A DNA stretch of 24,000 nucleotides from Ochrovirga pacifica (GTDB lineage Bacteria; Bacteroidota; Bacteroidia; Flavobacteriales; Flavobacteriaceae), in assembly GCF_000220525.1 (NCBI RefSeq), contig NZ_AFPK01000039.1:5059-29058 (forward strand), read 5' to 3'. The notes under the pieces are model-generated. The model saw only the letters and a list, made by a program, of their open reading frames with translations, was not told the origin of the DNA and did no database searches. Shown piece after piece: positions 10,365 to 19,515 of the stretch. A program made the position numbers and the translations under genes. Position 1 is the stretch's first letter, and each line of letters starts with the position of its first letter.

Positions 10365-12038
10365 ATGAAGAAGTTTCTAAAACCAATACTATTTTCTACA
10401 ACAGTATTGACTCTGTTATCGAGTTGTGATAAACTTCAACTTTTTAGCAAAAAACCAAAAACAGTTGAACGTATTTCGGAAAATACTGGCACCAATCATA
10501 GTGCTCCAGAAAATGGAGGATTGGCTCCTTTATCTGCTGCCGAAGAAACAGAAACCCCAAAATCTATGGCTTTTATACCTGGTGGTACTTTTGTAATGGG
10601 AAAAGTACAACAGGATGTAATGATGGAAAATAATAACGAACCAAGAACTAAGCAAGTCTCTAGCTTTTACATTGACAAAACCGAGACTTCTAACAAAGAA
10701 TATTTAATATACTTAGACTGGCTAAAAAAAGTATTTCCACCAGAAAACCCAAAATACAAACATATATATGCATCTGCTTTGCCTGATGAAAATGTTTGGA
10801 GAAACCCACTAAGAAGTGATGGAAAATTAACCGAAACCTACTTAAGACACCCTTCATTTCAAGACTATCCAGTTGTAGGAGTTAGCTGGAGACAAGCAAA
10901 TGACTATTGTACATGGAGAACAAACCGTGTTGCTGAAAAAGGAATGATTGAAAAAGGTTGGTTAAACCCTTTGTTTGATAATTCTGAAATCACAACAGAA
11001 GGAAGAAACCATTTTGATGTAGAAGTTTTTGAAACGGATCCTAACTTACTATATGGAGGAAACAAAGCCATATACACAGAATATGTTACCCAAGCTGATG
11101 ATGTTGTCCTAGATTCAACTTCAAATGAAGCAACCAACAAAACGTTTAAATTAAATATTGATGAGTTTTCTCCTTTTTTAAGATTCCGTTTGCCTACAGA
11201 GGCTGAGTGGGAATATGCAGCAAGAGCAGACTTTGAAAACACATTATACAACTCTATTCGTGGTAGAAAAAAGTACCCGTGGGCTAGTCAAACTACTAGA
11301 AATAAAAAAAGCAAATATTACCTACAACATGCTAACTTTAAAGAATCTAGAGGAAATTACAGTGGTATTGCAGGATGGCCTTCAGACTATGGTGATATCA
11401 CAACTCCTATCAAAACATTCCCGCCTAATGCTTTTGGATTGTACGATATGGCTGGAAATGTAGCAGAATGGGTAAATGATATATACAGACCTGAAATTGA
11501 CACGGATTATAATGACTTTAACTATACTAGAGGAAACGTATTTACCAAACCAAAACTTGATGAAACAGGCAAAGCTATTGTTGCAGACTACGATGATGTA
11601 AAATACGACACCTTGCCTAACGGTAAAATTGTACCTTCTGTACTTCCTGGTCAAATTATTAAAGTGCCTGTTACTAATAATGACACCTACTTAAATGTAA
11701 GTTATCAAAAAGCTGACAATAGAGATTTTAACGATGGTGATTTAGCCTCTAGTAGAGACTTTAACATGCAAGACCCAGAGAGAGCTAAAAGAATGTACAA
11801 CTCTCCTATTATAGAAAAGCCTATTATTAACGAAGAAACTGGTGAATTGGTATATGTGTACGATAAAAAACCTAGAACTACTTTAATCACAAACTACTCT
11901 AGAGTGTACAAAGGAGGATCTTGGAAAGATCGTGAGTTTTGGTTAGATCCAGGACAACGCAGATTCTTAGAAGAATATATGGCAACCAATTACATTGGTT
12001 TTAGATGTGCTGCAAGTAAAGTTGGTGAAAGCCACTAA
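10365..12038 (+). CDS. gldJ: Gliding motility lipoprotein GldJ (SUMF1/FGE-sulfatase-fold)
   Basis: 557 aa; lipoprotein signal LTLLSSC; MAFIPGGTFVMGK, YPVVGVSWRQANDYCTWRTNR, LPTEAEWEYAAR, GLYDMAGNVAEWVNDIY, YKGGSW and IGFRCAAS; located beside porU/porV. Confidence 0.95.
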   Translation: MKKFLKPILFSTTVLTLLSSCDKLQLFSKKPKTVERISENTGTNHSAPENGGLAPLSAAEETETPKSMAFIPGGTFVMGKVQQDVMMENNNEPRTKQVSSFYIDKTETSNKEYLIYLDWLKKVFPPENPKYKHIYASALPDENVWRNPLRSDGKLTETYLRHPSFQDYPVVGVSWRQANDYCTWRTNRVAEKGMIEKGWLNPLFDNSEITTEGRNHFDVEVFETDPNLLYGGNKAIYTEYVTQADDVVLDSTSNEATNKTFKLNIDEFSPFLRFRLPTEAEWEYAARADFENTLYNSIRGRKKYPWASQTTRNKKSKYYLQHANFKESRGNYSGIAGWPSDYGDITTPIKTFPPNAFGLYDMAGNVAEWVNDIYRPEIDTDYNDFNYTRGNVFTKPKLDETGKAIVADYDDVKYDTLPNGKIVPSVLPGQIIKVPVTNNDTYLNVSYQKADNRDFNDGDLASSRDFNMQDPERAKRMYNSPIIEKPIINEETGELVYVYDKKPRTTLITNYSRVYKGGSWKDREFWLDPGQRRFLEEYMATNYIGFRCAASKVGESH

Positions 12039-12059
12039 ACAAAAAATACAAACAGAATT

Positions 12060-12092
12060 AAAAAAGAGTTGGAAGTTTCCAACTCTTTTTTT
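12060..12092. terminator. Bidirectional rho-independent terminator between convergent gldJ and the cupin gene
   Basis: AAAAAAGAGTTGGAA-GT-TTCCAACTCTTTTTT, a perfect inverted repeat with an A tract on one side and a T tract on the other. Confidence 0.9.
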
Positions 12093-12432
12093 AATCAGTA
12101 GCAATTCCAAAATAAATCCACGACACTTCTTGATTGTAATTATTGTGTTGAGAGTGTACTTCTCCTGCTTCTACAGTAATACAATCTCCTTCGCTTACCG
12201 TTATTTTTTTGTCATCAATCACAAAATCAATTCTTCCTTTCTGTATGTAAAAAACCTCATACATAGTAGCATGAACGTGAGCCTCTACTTTTTGTCCAGG
12301 TAAGAAAACAGCCGAACCAAACATCATTAACTGTGGAATTTCATCTTTACCAATAAAAACTTTCTTTTTAATGGTCTCATCATGACTTGTTCCTATTTCT
12401 TGTAACTGTTTTGTTTTTACTAATTTCATCAA
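12091..12432 (-). CDS. Cupin domain-containing protein
   Basis: 113 aa with cupin_2 motifs VEAHVHATMYEVFYIQKG and EGDCITVEAGEVHSQHN. Confidence 0.88.
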   Translation of the reverse strand: MMKLVKTKQLQEIGTSHDETIKKKVFIGKDEIPQLMMFGSAVFLPGQKVEAHVHATMYEVFYIQKGRIDFVIDDKKITVSEGDCITVEAGEVHSQHNNYNQEVSWIYFGIATD

Positions 12433-12508
12433 TAGTCATTTTAATATCTATTAGGTAAAGTTACTAGGAATCTTAAATTACTTGCTATCTTCGCACAAAT
12501 TTTATCAC

Positions 12509-13672
12509 ATGGAATTGATTTCAATTACTGGATATGCTAGTATTTCTCCCTTAGGAACAAACCCCGAAACCATATGGGAAAATTATTTAAGTTCCAAACA
12601 CTTTTTAACTTACAAAGAATTTAAAAAAGTAGCAGGATGGATTGGAGCTTTACCAAAAACATTAGAAGAAGAGCTAAACTTTATCAAAACATCCAATACC
12701 AAATATGCCAATTTAGACAAATCCGTTTTGATGGCAATCTATGTAAGTAGAAAAGCAATTGCTCATGCGGGTTGGAACAAAGGTACTTTTGGAATTAATA
12801 TAGGGTCTTCAAGAGGTGCTACAGAATTATTTGAAAATTATTATCAAGATTTTGTACAACAGAAATATCAAAAAACACATCCGCTTACTTCTCCTACCAC
12901 CACATTAGGAAATTTATCCACCTGGGTAGCAGACGACTTACAAACACAAGGACCAACAATTTCTCATTCCATTACTTGCTCTACAGGATTACACGCTTTG
13001 TTAAATGGTATTGCATGGATACGTTCTGGAATGTCTAATCAATTTTTAGTTGGGGCAACCGAAGCACCTAATACCGATTTTACGATGGCACAAATGCAAG
13101 CCATTAAAATATACACCAAAAACAAAGACACCTACCCAACCAAAGCTATGGACCTAAACAAAACACAGAACACAATGTGTTTAGGAGAGGGAGCTGCAGT
13201 ATTTTGTTTGGAAAAAGGAACATCAAAAAACGCATTAGCTTATATTGATGGTATAGGCTATGCAACAGAAAAATTAAAACACAACATCTCTATAACCAAC
13301 GATGCAGAATGTTTTCAAAGCTCTATGAAAATGGCTTTGAAAGAAATAAGTGCCCCTATAGATGCTATAGTAATGCATGCTCCAGGTACCATTAAAGGAG
13401 ATAGCTCAGAATATAAAGCCATTCAAAAAGTTTTTGGTGATAAAATCCCAGCGTTAACAAACAACAAATGGAAAATAGGCCACACTTTGGGAACATCGGG
13501 TTGTTTGAGCATGGAATTGGCTTTGCTAATGTTGCAAAAAAAACAGTTTATTAACGTACCGTATTTAACTGATAACAAAGCTCCTAAACAAATTAATAAC
13601 ATACTGGTAAACGCTGTTGGTTTTGGAGGAAATGCCGTTAGTATTGTTTTACGAGGGATTGAAGTTGAATAG
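12509..13672 (+). CDS. Beta-ketoacyl-ACP synthase (KAS I/II, FabF-like)
   Basis: ITGYASISPLG, active-site SITCSTGLHALL, IVMHAPGTIKGDSSEYKA, WKIGHTLGTSGCLSMELAL, NAVGFGGNAVSIVL. The track start at 12482 is a TTG codon; ATG at 12509 gives MELISITGYASISPLG, which matches the usual family N-terminus better. Confidence 0.88.
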   Translation: MELISITGYASISPLGTNPETIWENYLSSKHFLTYKEFKKVAGWIGALPKTLEEELNFIKTSNTKYANLDKSVLMAIYVSRKAIAHAGWNKGTFGINIGSSRGATELFENYYQDFVQQKYQKTHPLTSPTTTLGNLSTWVADDLQTQGPTISHSITCSTGLHALLNGIAWIRSGMSNQFLVGATEAPNTDFTMAQMQAIKIYTKNKDTYPTKAMDLNKTQNTMCLGEGAAVFCLEKGTSKNALAYIDGIGYATEKLKHNISITNDAECFQSSMKMALKEISAPIDAIVMHAPGTIKGDSSEYKAIQKVFGDKIPALTNNKWKIGHTLGTSGCLSMELALLMLQKKQFINVPYLTDNKAPKQINNILVNAVGFGGNAVSIVLRGIEVE

Positions 13673-13714
13673 TAACAAAATTTAGTATTTTTACCGAATC
13701 AAAAATGGAAACTT

Positions 13715-14836
13715 ATGAGTGAAGTAAGACACGATTGGACGAAAGAAGAAATTTTAGAAATATATAACAAACCTTTGATGGAGCTTTTGTACGAAGCCGC
13801 TAGCATTCATAGGTTACACCACAATCCTAACGAAGTACAAGTATCAACCTTATTATCTATTAAAACAGGAGGCTGTTCTGAAGACTGTGGTTATTGCCCA
13901 CAAGCAGCACGTTATCATACCGATATTGAAGGAAACGACTTAATGTCTGTAAACCAAGTTAAAGCACAGGCATTAAGAGCCAAAGCTTCTGGTTCATCTA
14001 GAGTATGTATGGGAGCCTCTTGGAGAAATGTTAAAGATGGTGAAGAATTTGACGAAGTGCTTGAAATGGTGAGAACCATTAACAAATTGGACATGGAAGT
14101 ATGTTGTACGTTGGGAATGGTTACAGAAAACCAAGCCAAACGCTTGGCCGAAGCTGGTTTGTATGCTTATAATCACAACTTAGATTCTTCTGAAGAATAT
14201 TACAAAGAAGTCATCTCTACACGCGGTTTTCAAGATCGTTTAGATACTATTGACAATGTACGCAAAACCAATGTAACAGTTTGTTCTGGTGGAATTATTG
14301 GAATGGGAGAATCTATAGAAGACCGAGCAGGAATGCTTGTTGCTTTATCAACTCTAAATCCACAGCCAGAGTCTACCCCAATCAACGCATTAGTTGCTGT
14401 AGAAGGAACTCCGTTAGAAGACCAAAAACCTGTAGAGATTTGGGACATGGTACGCATGGTTGCAACGACCCGTATTGTATTGCCTGAAACTCAAGTACGT
14501 TTGTCTGCTGGTAGAACACAAATGTCTCAGGAAGGACAAGCTTTTTGTTTCTTTGCTGGAGCAAATTCTATTTTTGCTGGAGATAAGCTATTAACCACAC
14601 CTAACCCAGACGTAAACGAAGACATGAAACTGTTTGACAAGTTAGGACTTATTCCAATGAAGCCATTTACCAAAAAAGTACAGCCCAAAACGGTAGAAGC
14701 ACAAGACTCTGCATACCAAGCACAAGGAGAAAATCCTAAATGGACTAGACCAGAACACAAAATTGAAAGAAACGAAGCAGCCAAACAAAAGGCTAAAGAA
14801 ATACGTGAAGAATTGAAAGAAACAGAACAAGCTTAA
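13715..14836 (+). CDS. bioB: Biotin synthase
   Basis: 373 aa radical SAM protein; SIKTGGCSEDCGYCPQAARYHT, VCMGASWRNVKDG, YNHNLDSSEEYY, VCSGGIIGMGES, RLSAGRTQMS, NSIFAGDKLLTTPNP. Confidence 0.98.
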   Translation: MSEVRHDWTKEEILEIYNKPLMELLYEAASIHRLHHNPNEVQVSTLLSIKTGGCSEDCGYCPQAARYHTDIEGNDLMSVNQVKAQALRAKASGSSRVCMGASWRNVKDGEEFDEVLEMVRTINKLDMEVCCTLGMVTENQAKRLAEAGLYAYNHNLDSSEEYYKEVISTRGFQDRLDTIDNVRKTNVTVCSGGIIGMGESIEDRAGMLVALSTLNPQPESTPINALVAVEGTPLEDQKPVEIWDMVRMVATTRIVLPETQVRLSAGRTQMSQEGQAFCFFAGANSIFAGDKLLTTPNPDVNEDMKLFDKLGLIPMKPFTKKVQPKTVEAQDSAYQAQGENPKWTRPEHKIERNEAAKQKAKEIREELKETEQA

Positions 14837-14855
14837 TTTTTAGTTCTTTAAACTC

Positions 14856-14887
14856 CAAAAGCACCTAGTTATCTAGGTGCTTTTTTT
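14856..14887 (+). terminator. Rho-independent terminator after bioB
   Basis: AAAAGCACCTAG-TTAT-CTAGGTGCTTTT followed by a T run. Confidence 0.9.
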
Positions 14888-14973
14888 GTTGATAAAATCA
14901 GTCGCTGACATGAAAATGTATTTCTAAAAATCTAGAGATATTTTGTACTTTTAAGCTTCCCAAAAACAAAAGC

Positions 14974-17900
14974 ATGTACTTAATTTTTGATACAGAAACC
15001 ACAGGTTTACCCAAGAGCTACAAAGCTCCTATGACAGATACAGACAATTGGCCAAGATGTATACAAATCGCATGGCAGTTGCATGATGAAATGGGTCAGG
15101 TACTAGAGCATGATAACTTTATGATTCAGCCCGATGGTTTTAATATTCCTTTCGATTCTGAAAAAGTTCATGGTATATCTACCGAACTAGCTCAAGAACA
15201 AGGGATTGCTTTACAAGAAGGATTGGATCGTTTTAACAAAGTACTGACCAAAACTAAATTTATAGTGGGGCAAAATGTTGGCTTTGATGTGAACATAATG
15301 GGAGCAGAATTTTACCGAATGGGAATGACTCCTAATTATAAAACACTTCAGTACCATGAATTGGATTTAGAATCCTATAATTTTGCGACTAAAAAAAATA
15401 AAGAAGATACTTGGACTTTTGATGATTTGTCTGAAGAAGACAAAAACAAATTGGGAATTTTAGATACTTGTACTGAATACACAGCTAATCTGTGCCAGAT
15501 TCCTGGAGGTAGAGGAGGAAAATTCAAACTCCCAACTCTTACCGAGTTACACCATTATTTATTTGGTGTTGGTTTTGGAGAAGCTCACAACGCAACTGCC
15601 GATGTAGAAGCAACCACTCGATGTTTCTTTGAACTTATCAGAAGAGAACATTTTACTTCAGAGCAGTTAGATGTTCCCCCAACTTACTTTACAGAGTTTA
15701 AAAAAGTAAACCCAAGCCCTATTCAAATTATCGGATTAAAACACTTAAACCTAAAACAGGAAAGTAAAAAAATCCGAAAAAGACAAGCCCAACAAGAAGG
15801 TGCAAAAGGAAAGGGAATTAGTGTTAAAGAAGGATTAGAACGACTAAAAAATGTAAGTTTTGCCCATTTACACAATCACACTCAATACTCAATTTTACAG
15901 TCTACCATAGAAATAGGTAACCTTGTTAACGCTGCTGGGAATGATAATATGTCTGCGGTAGCCATGACAGATATCGGAAATATGATGGCTGCTTTTCATT
16001 TTACCAATGCGGTTGATGGATACAATAAAGGCATTCAAGCCAAAAGAAAAGCAGCTGAAGAAAATGGAGAAGAATTTAGTCAAAAAGATCTTATTCCTAT
16101 TGTTGGTTGCGAACTAAACGTATGTGAAGATCACCTAAACAAAAACGTAAAAGACAATGGGTATCAGGTTGTATTTTTAGCCAAAAATAAAAAAGGCTAC
16201 CATAATTTAGCAAAAATGTCTTCCATTGCTTATGTAGAAGGTTTTTACTATGTGCCTCGTATCAGCAAAAAAGTGGTAGAACAATATAAAGAAGACATTA
16301 TTGTTCTAACAGGTAGCTTAACAGGTGAAGTAGCAAGTAAAATATTGAATGTTGGAGAGAATCAAGCCGAAGAAGCCCTGCTTTGGTGGAAAGAACAGTT
16401 TCAAGATGACTTGTATATAGAATTGATGCGACATGGTCAGGAGGACGAAAATGTTGTAAACAAAGTATTGCTAAATTTTTCTAAAAAACACCATATAAAA
16501 GTAGTTGCTACCAACAACACCTATTATTTAAAACAAGAAGAAGCAAATGCTCATGATATTTTACTCTGTGTAAAAGACGGAGAAAAACAAGCAACTCCCA
16601 TCGGTAGAGGTCGTGGATACCGTTACGGATTGCCCAACGACCAGTATTATTTTAAGTCTACAGATGAGATGAAAGAACTGTTTGCAGATGTGCCTCAAGC
16701 CATTATAAACATTCAGCATTTGGTAGCTAAAATCACTCCGTTTACCTTGGCTCGTGATGTATTATTACCTGCTTTTGATATTCCTGAACAATTCCGAGAT
16801 GACAAAGATTTAGAGGATGGAGGAAAACGAGGCGAAAACAACTTTTTACGTCATTTAGTGTACAAAGGTGCTGAAGAACGATATGAAGAAATTACAGACT
16901 CTATTAGAGAACGTTTAGATTTAGAGCTAGGAGTAATTGCAAACACAGGATATCCAGGTTACTTTTTGATTGTAGAAGATTTTATACGAGCAGCTAGAAA
17001 CATGGGCGTTTCCGTAGGGCCTGGTCGTGGATCGGCTGCAGGATCGGCTGCTGCATACTGTTTGGGAATTACCAACATAGACCCTATTCAGTACGATTTG
17101 CTGTTTGAGCGTTTCTTAAACCCCGAACGTATTTCCATGCCCGATATTGATATCGATTTTGATGACGAAGGTCGTGGGCGTGTTATAGATTATGTTATTG
17201 ATAAATATGGAGCCAACCAAGTAGCACAAATTATTACTTATGGTACCATGGCAGCCAAATCGTCTATTAGAGACACCGCAAGAGTGTTAGACCTGCCTTT
17301 GTTTGAAGCCGATCAAATTGCCAAACTAATTCCTGGAATTAAACTAAAAAATATTTGGGGAGACGATCCTAAAAGCAAAGGAAAAAGAGATGGTTTACGT
17401 TCTGAAGAAAAAGAAATGATTCAGGAATTGATCCGCTTGGCAGATGAAGACACTCCTATTTCCGAAACCATTAATAAAGCCCGTATATTAGAAGGTTCGG
17501 TACGAAATACGGGAATTCATGCTTGTGGGGTTATCATTACACCAGACGATATTACCAAATTTGTTCCAGTGTCAATTGCCAAAGATTCCGACATGTATGT
17601 TACACAATTTGACAACTCTGTAGTAGAAAGTGCAGGGTTGTTAAAAATGGATTTTTTGGGGTTAAAAACACTAACCCTAATTAAACATACTTGCGAAATT
17701 GTAAAGGCTAGACATGGGGTTGAACTAGATCCTGAATCTTTTCCTATTGACGATCAAAAAACCTACGAACTGTTTCAAAAAGGTGAAACCGTAGGAATTT
17801 TTCAGTACGAATCTCCTGGAATGCAAAAGTACATGCGCGAGCTAAAACCTACTGTTTTTGCCGATTTGATTGCAATGAACGCTTTGTACCGACCAGGGCC

Positions 17901-19476
17901 TTTGGAATATATACCAAACTTTATTGATCGTAAACACGGACGTGAAGAAATTGTGTACGATTTGCCTATTATGGAAAAATATTTGGCCGAGACATACGGA
18001 ATTACCGTTTATCAAGAGCAAGTAATGTTGCTGTCTCAGCTATTGGCAGATTTTACCAAAGGTCAGGCAGATACCTTACGTAAAGCCATGGGTAAAAAAC
18101 AAATGGCCGTACTAGAAAAAATGAAGCCTTTGTTTATAAAACAGGCTTCTGAAAAAGGTCATGATGCCAAAAAACTAGAAAAAATTTGGAAAGACTGGGA
18201 AGCTTTTGCTTCTTATGCCTTTAACAAATCTCACTCTACTTGTTATGCTTGGGTGGCATTTCAAACAGCTTACTTAAAAGCCCACTACCCTGCCGAATAT
18301 ATGGCTGCTGTTCTGTCTAATAACATGAACGACATAAAACAAGTTACGTTTTTTATGGAAGAATGTAAGCGTATGGGCTTAGAAGTTCTAGGTCCAGATG
18401 TTAACGAATCTTATGCAAAATTCTCTGTAAACGACCAAGGAGCTGTACGTTTTGGTATGGCTGCTATTAAAGGGGTTGGAGGAATTGCTGTTGACTCTAT
18501 TGTTGCCGAACGTAAAGAAAATGGTCCCTATACTTCTATTTTTGATGTTGCCAAACGTGTAGATTTAAGAACCTGTAACAAAAAAGCTTTTGAAGGTTTG
18601 GCTCTAGCTGGGGGATTTGACTCTTTTGAAGGTGTGCACCGAGCCCAATTTTTTGCTACAGACGAAAAAGGAATTACTTTTTTAGAACGTGCCATGAAAT
18701 TTGGAAATGCTTATCAACAAAGTCTTAACTCTTCTCAGGTTTCTTTATTTGGAGAAGCTTCTGATATTCAACTACCAGAACCTATTATTCCTGCCTGTGA
18801 CACTTGGGGTACTATGGAAACTTTGTCTAAAGAGAAAGAAGTGATAGGAATCTACATTTCAGCACATCCTTTAGATGATTTTAAAAATGAAATGAAATTT
18901 ACCAGTGATAAAATCAACTTATTTAAAGAAGATTTAAAAAAATATGTTGGTAAAAAATTCTCTTTTGCAGGAATTTTAACAGATGCACAACATAGAATTG
19001 CTAAAAATGGAAATGGATGGGGAGCTTTTACCATGGAAGACTACACGGACTCTCATGAATTTCGTTTGTTTGGAGAAGATTATATGCGATTTAGACACTT
19101 ACTGGTTCCTAACTCATTTTTACATATTAGTGGTGTAATTCAAAAAGGATGGATGCAACAAAATGGTACCGAAGGAGAACCTAGAGTTAAATTTTCTGAT
19201 TTTATGTTGCTGTCTGATGTTTTGGAAAAAAAATGTAAAAAAATTACTTTTAAACTTACTCTTAACGAAATTAAAAAAGAACGTGTAGCACAACTAGAAA
19301 TGTTGTTAAGCGGTTATAGTGCCAAAGATGCCAAGCAAGTAGTTGGATTTAATATCGTGTCGCAAAAACACAAAATTGATATAGAAATGCCATCCAGAAC
19401 TTATAAACTAAATCTAAATGCTGAACTTTTTGGCTACTTAGATAAAGAAGGTTTTGAATATAAACTGAGTTCATAA
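14974..19476 (+). CDS. dnaE: DNA polymerase III subunit alpha with N-terminal DEDDh (epsilon-like) exonuclease domain
   Basis: 1500 aa. N-terminal exonuclease motifs IFDTETTGLP, VGQNVGFDVNIMG and HNATADVEATTR; PHP-like region FAHLHNHTQYS...; polymerase motifs GPGRGSAAGSAAAYCLGITNIDP, SMPDIDIDFDDEGRGRVIDY, YQEQVMLLSQLLADF, FNKSHSTCYAWVAFQTAYLKAHYPAEYM. Confidence 0.97.
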   Translation: MYLIFDTETTGLPKSYKAPMTDTDNWPRCIQIAWQLHDEMGQVLEHDNFMIQPDGFNIPFDSEKVHGISTELAQEQGIALQEGLDRFNKVLTKTKFIVGQNVGFDVNIMGAEFYRMGMTPNYKTLQYHELDLESYNFATKKNKEDTWTFDDLSEEDKNKLGILDTCTEYTANLCQIPGGRGGKFKLPTLTELHHYLFGVGFGEAHNATADVEATTRCFFELIRREHFTSEQLDVPPTYFTEFKKVNPSPIQIIGLKHLNLKQESKKIRKRQAQQEGAKGKGISVKEGLERLKNVSFAHLHNHTQYSILQSTIEIGNLVNAAGNDNMSAVAMTDIGNMMAAFHFTNAVDGYNKGIQAKRKAAEENGEEFSQKDLIPIVGCELNVCEDHLNKNVKDNGYQVVFLAKNKKGYHNLAKMSSIAYVEGFYYVPRISKKVVEQYKEDIIVLTGSLTGEVASKILNVGENQAEEALLWWKEQFQDDLYIELMRHGQEDENVVNKVLLNFSKKHHIKVVATNNTYYLKQEEANAHDILLCVKDGEKQATPIGRGRGYRYGLPNDQYYFKSTDEMKELFADVPQAIINIQHLVAKITPFTLARDVLLPAFDIPEQFRDDKDLEDGGKRGENNFLRHLVYKGAEERYEEITDSIRERLDLELGVIANTGYPGYFLIVEDFIRAARNMGVSVGPGRGSAAGSAAAYCLGITNIDPIQYDLLFERFLNPERISMPDIDIDFDDEGRGRVIDYVIDKYGANQVAQIITYGTMAAKSSIRDTARVLDLPLFEADQIAKLIPGIKLKNIWGDDPKSKGKRDGLRSEEKEMIQELIRLADEDTPISETINKARILEGSVRNTGIHACGVIITPDDITKFVPVSIAKDSDMYVTQFDNSVVESAGLLKMDFLGLKTLTLIKHTCEIVKARHGVELDPESFPIDDQKTYELFQKGETVGIFQYESPGMQKYMRELKPTVFADLIAMNALYRPGPLEYIPNFIDRKHGREEIVYDLPIMEKYLAETYGITVYQEQVMLLSQLLADFTKGQADTLRKAMGKKQMAVLEKMKPLFIKQASEKGHDAKKLEKIWKDWEAFASYAFNKSHSTCYAWVAFQTAYLKAHYPAEYMAAVLSNNMNDIKQVTFFMEECKRMGLEVLGPDVNESYAKFSVNDQGAVRFGMAAIKGVGGIAVDSIVAERKENGPYTSIFDVAKRVDLRTCNKKAFEGLALAGGFDSFEGVHRAQFFATDEKGITFLERAMKFGNAYQQSLNSSQVSLFGEASDIQLPEPIIPACDTWGTMETLSKEKEVIGIYISAHPLDDFKNEMKFTSDKINLFKEDLKKYVGKKFSFAGILTDAQHRIAKNGNGWGAFTMEDYTDSHEFRLFGEDYMRFRHLLVPNSFLHISGVIQKGWMQQNGTEGEPRVKFSDFMLLSDVLEKKCKKITFKLTLNEIKKERVAQLEMLLSGYSAKDAKQVVGFNIVSQKHKIDIEMPSRTYKLNLNAELFGYLDKEGFEYKLSS

Positions 19477-19515
19477 TACATCTCTTATCTTAGAGGCTCA
19501 ATAAAAAACTGCTAT

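Noticed and set aside
10904-11890. ORFs of 115, 82, 90 and 61 aa inside gldJ
   Set aside because: Out-of-frame or antisense to gldJ; no conserved features.
11995-12303. Forward 102-aa ORF spanning the gldJ end and cupin gene
   Set aside because: Overlaps the gldJ 3' end, the terminator and the antisense of a convincing cupin domain.
13915-14830. Multiple overlapping ORFs (60-85 aa) inside bioB
   Set aside because: Dense small ORFs reflect low stop frequency opposite a conserved gene; bioB motifs explain the sequence.
14939-14945. TATTTTG and similar TAnTTTG 7-mers upstream of dnaE, the sulfatase and the SDR gene as promoters
   Set aside because: One base shorter than the TAnnTTTG consensus, no properly spaced TTG found upstream, and expected often by chance in AT-rich sequence.
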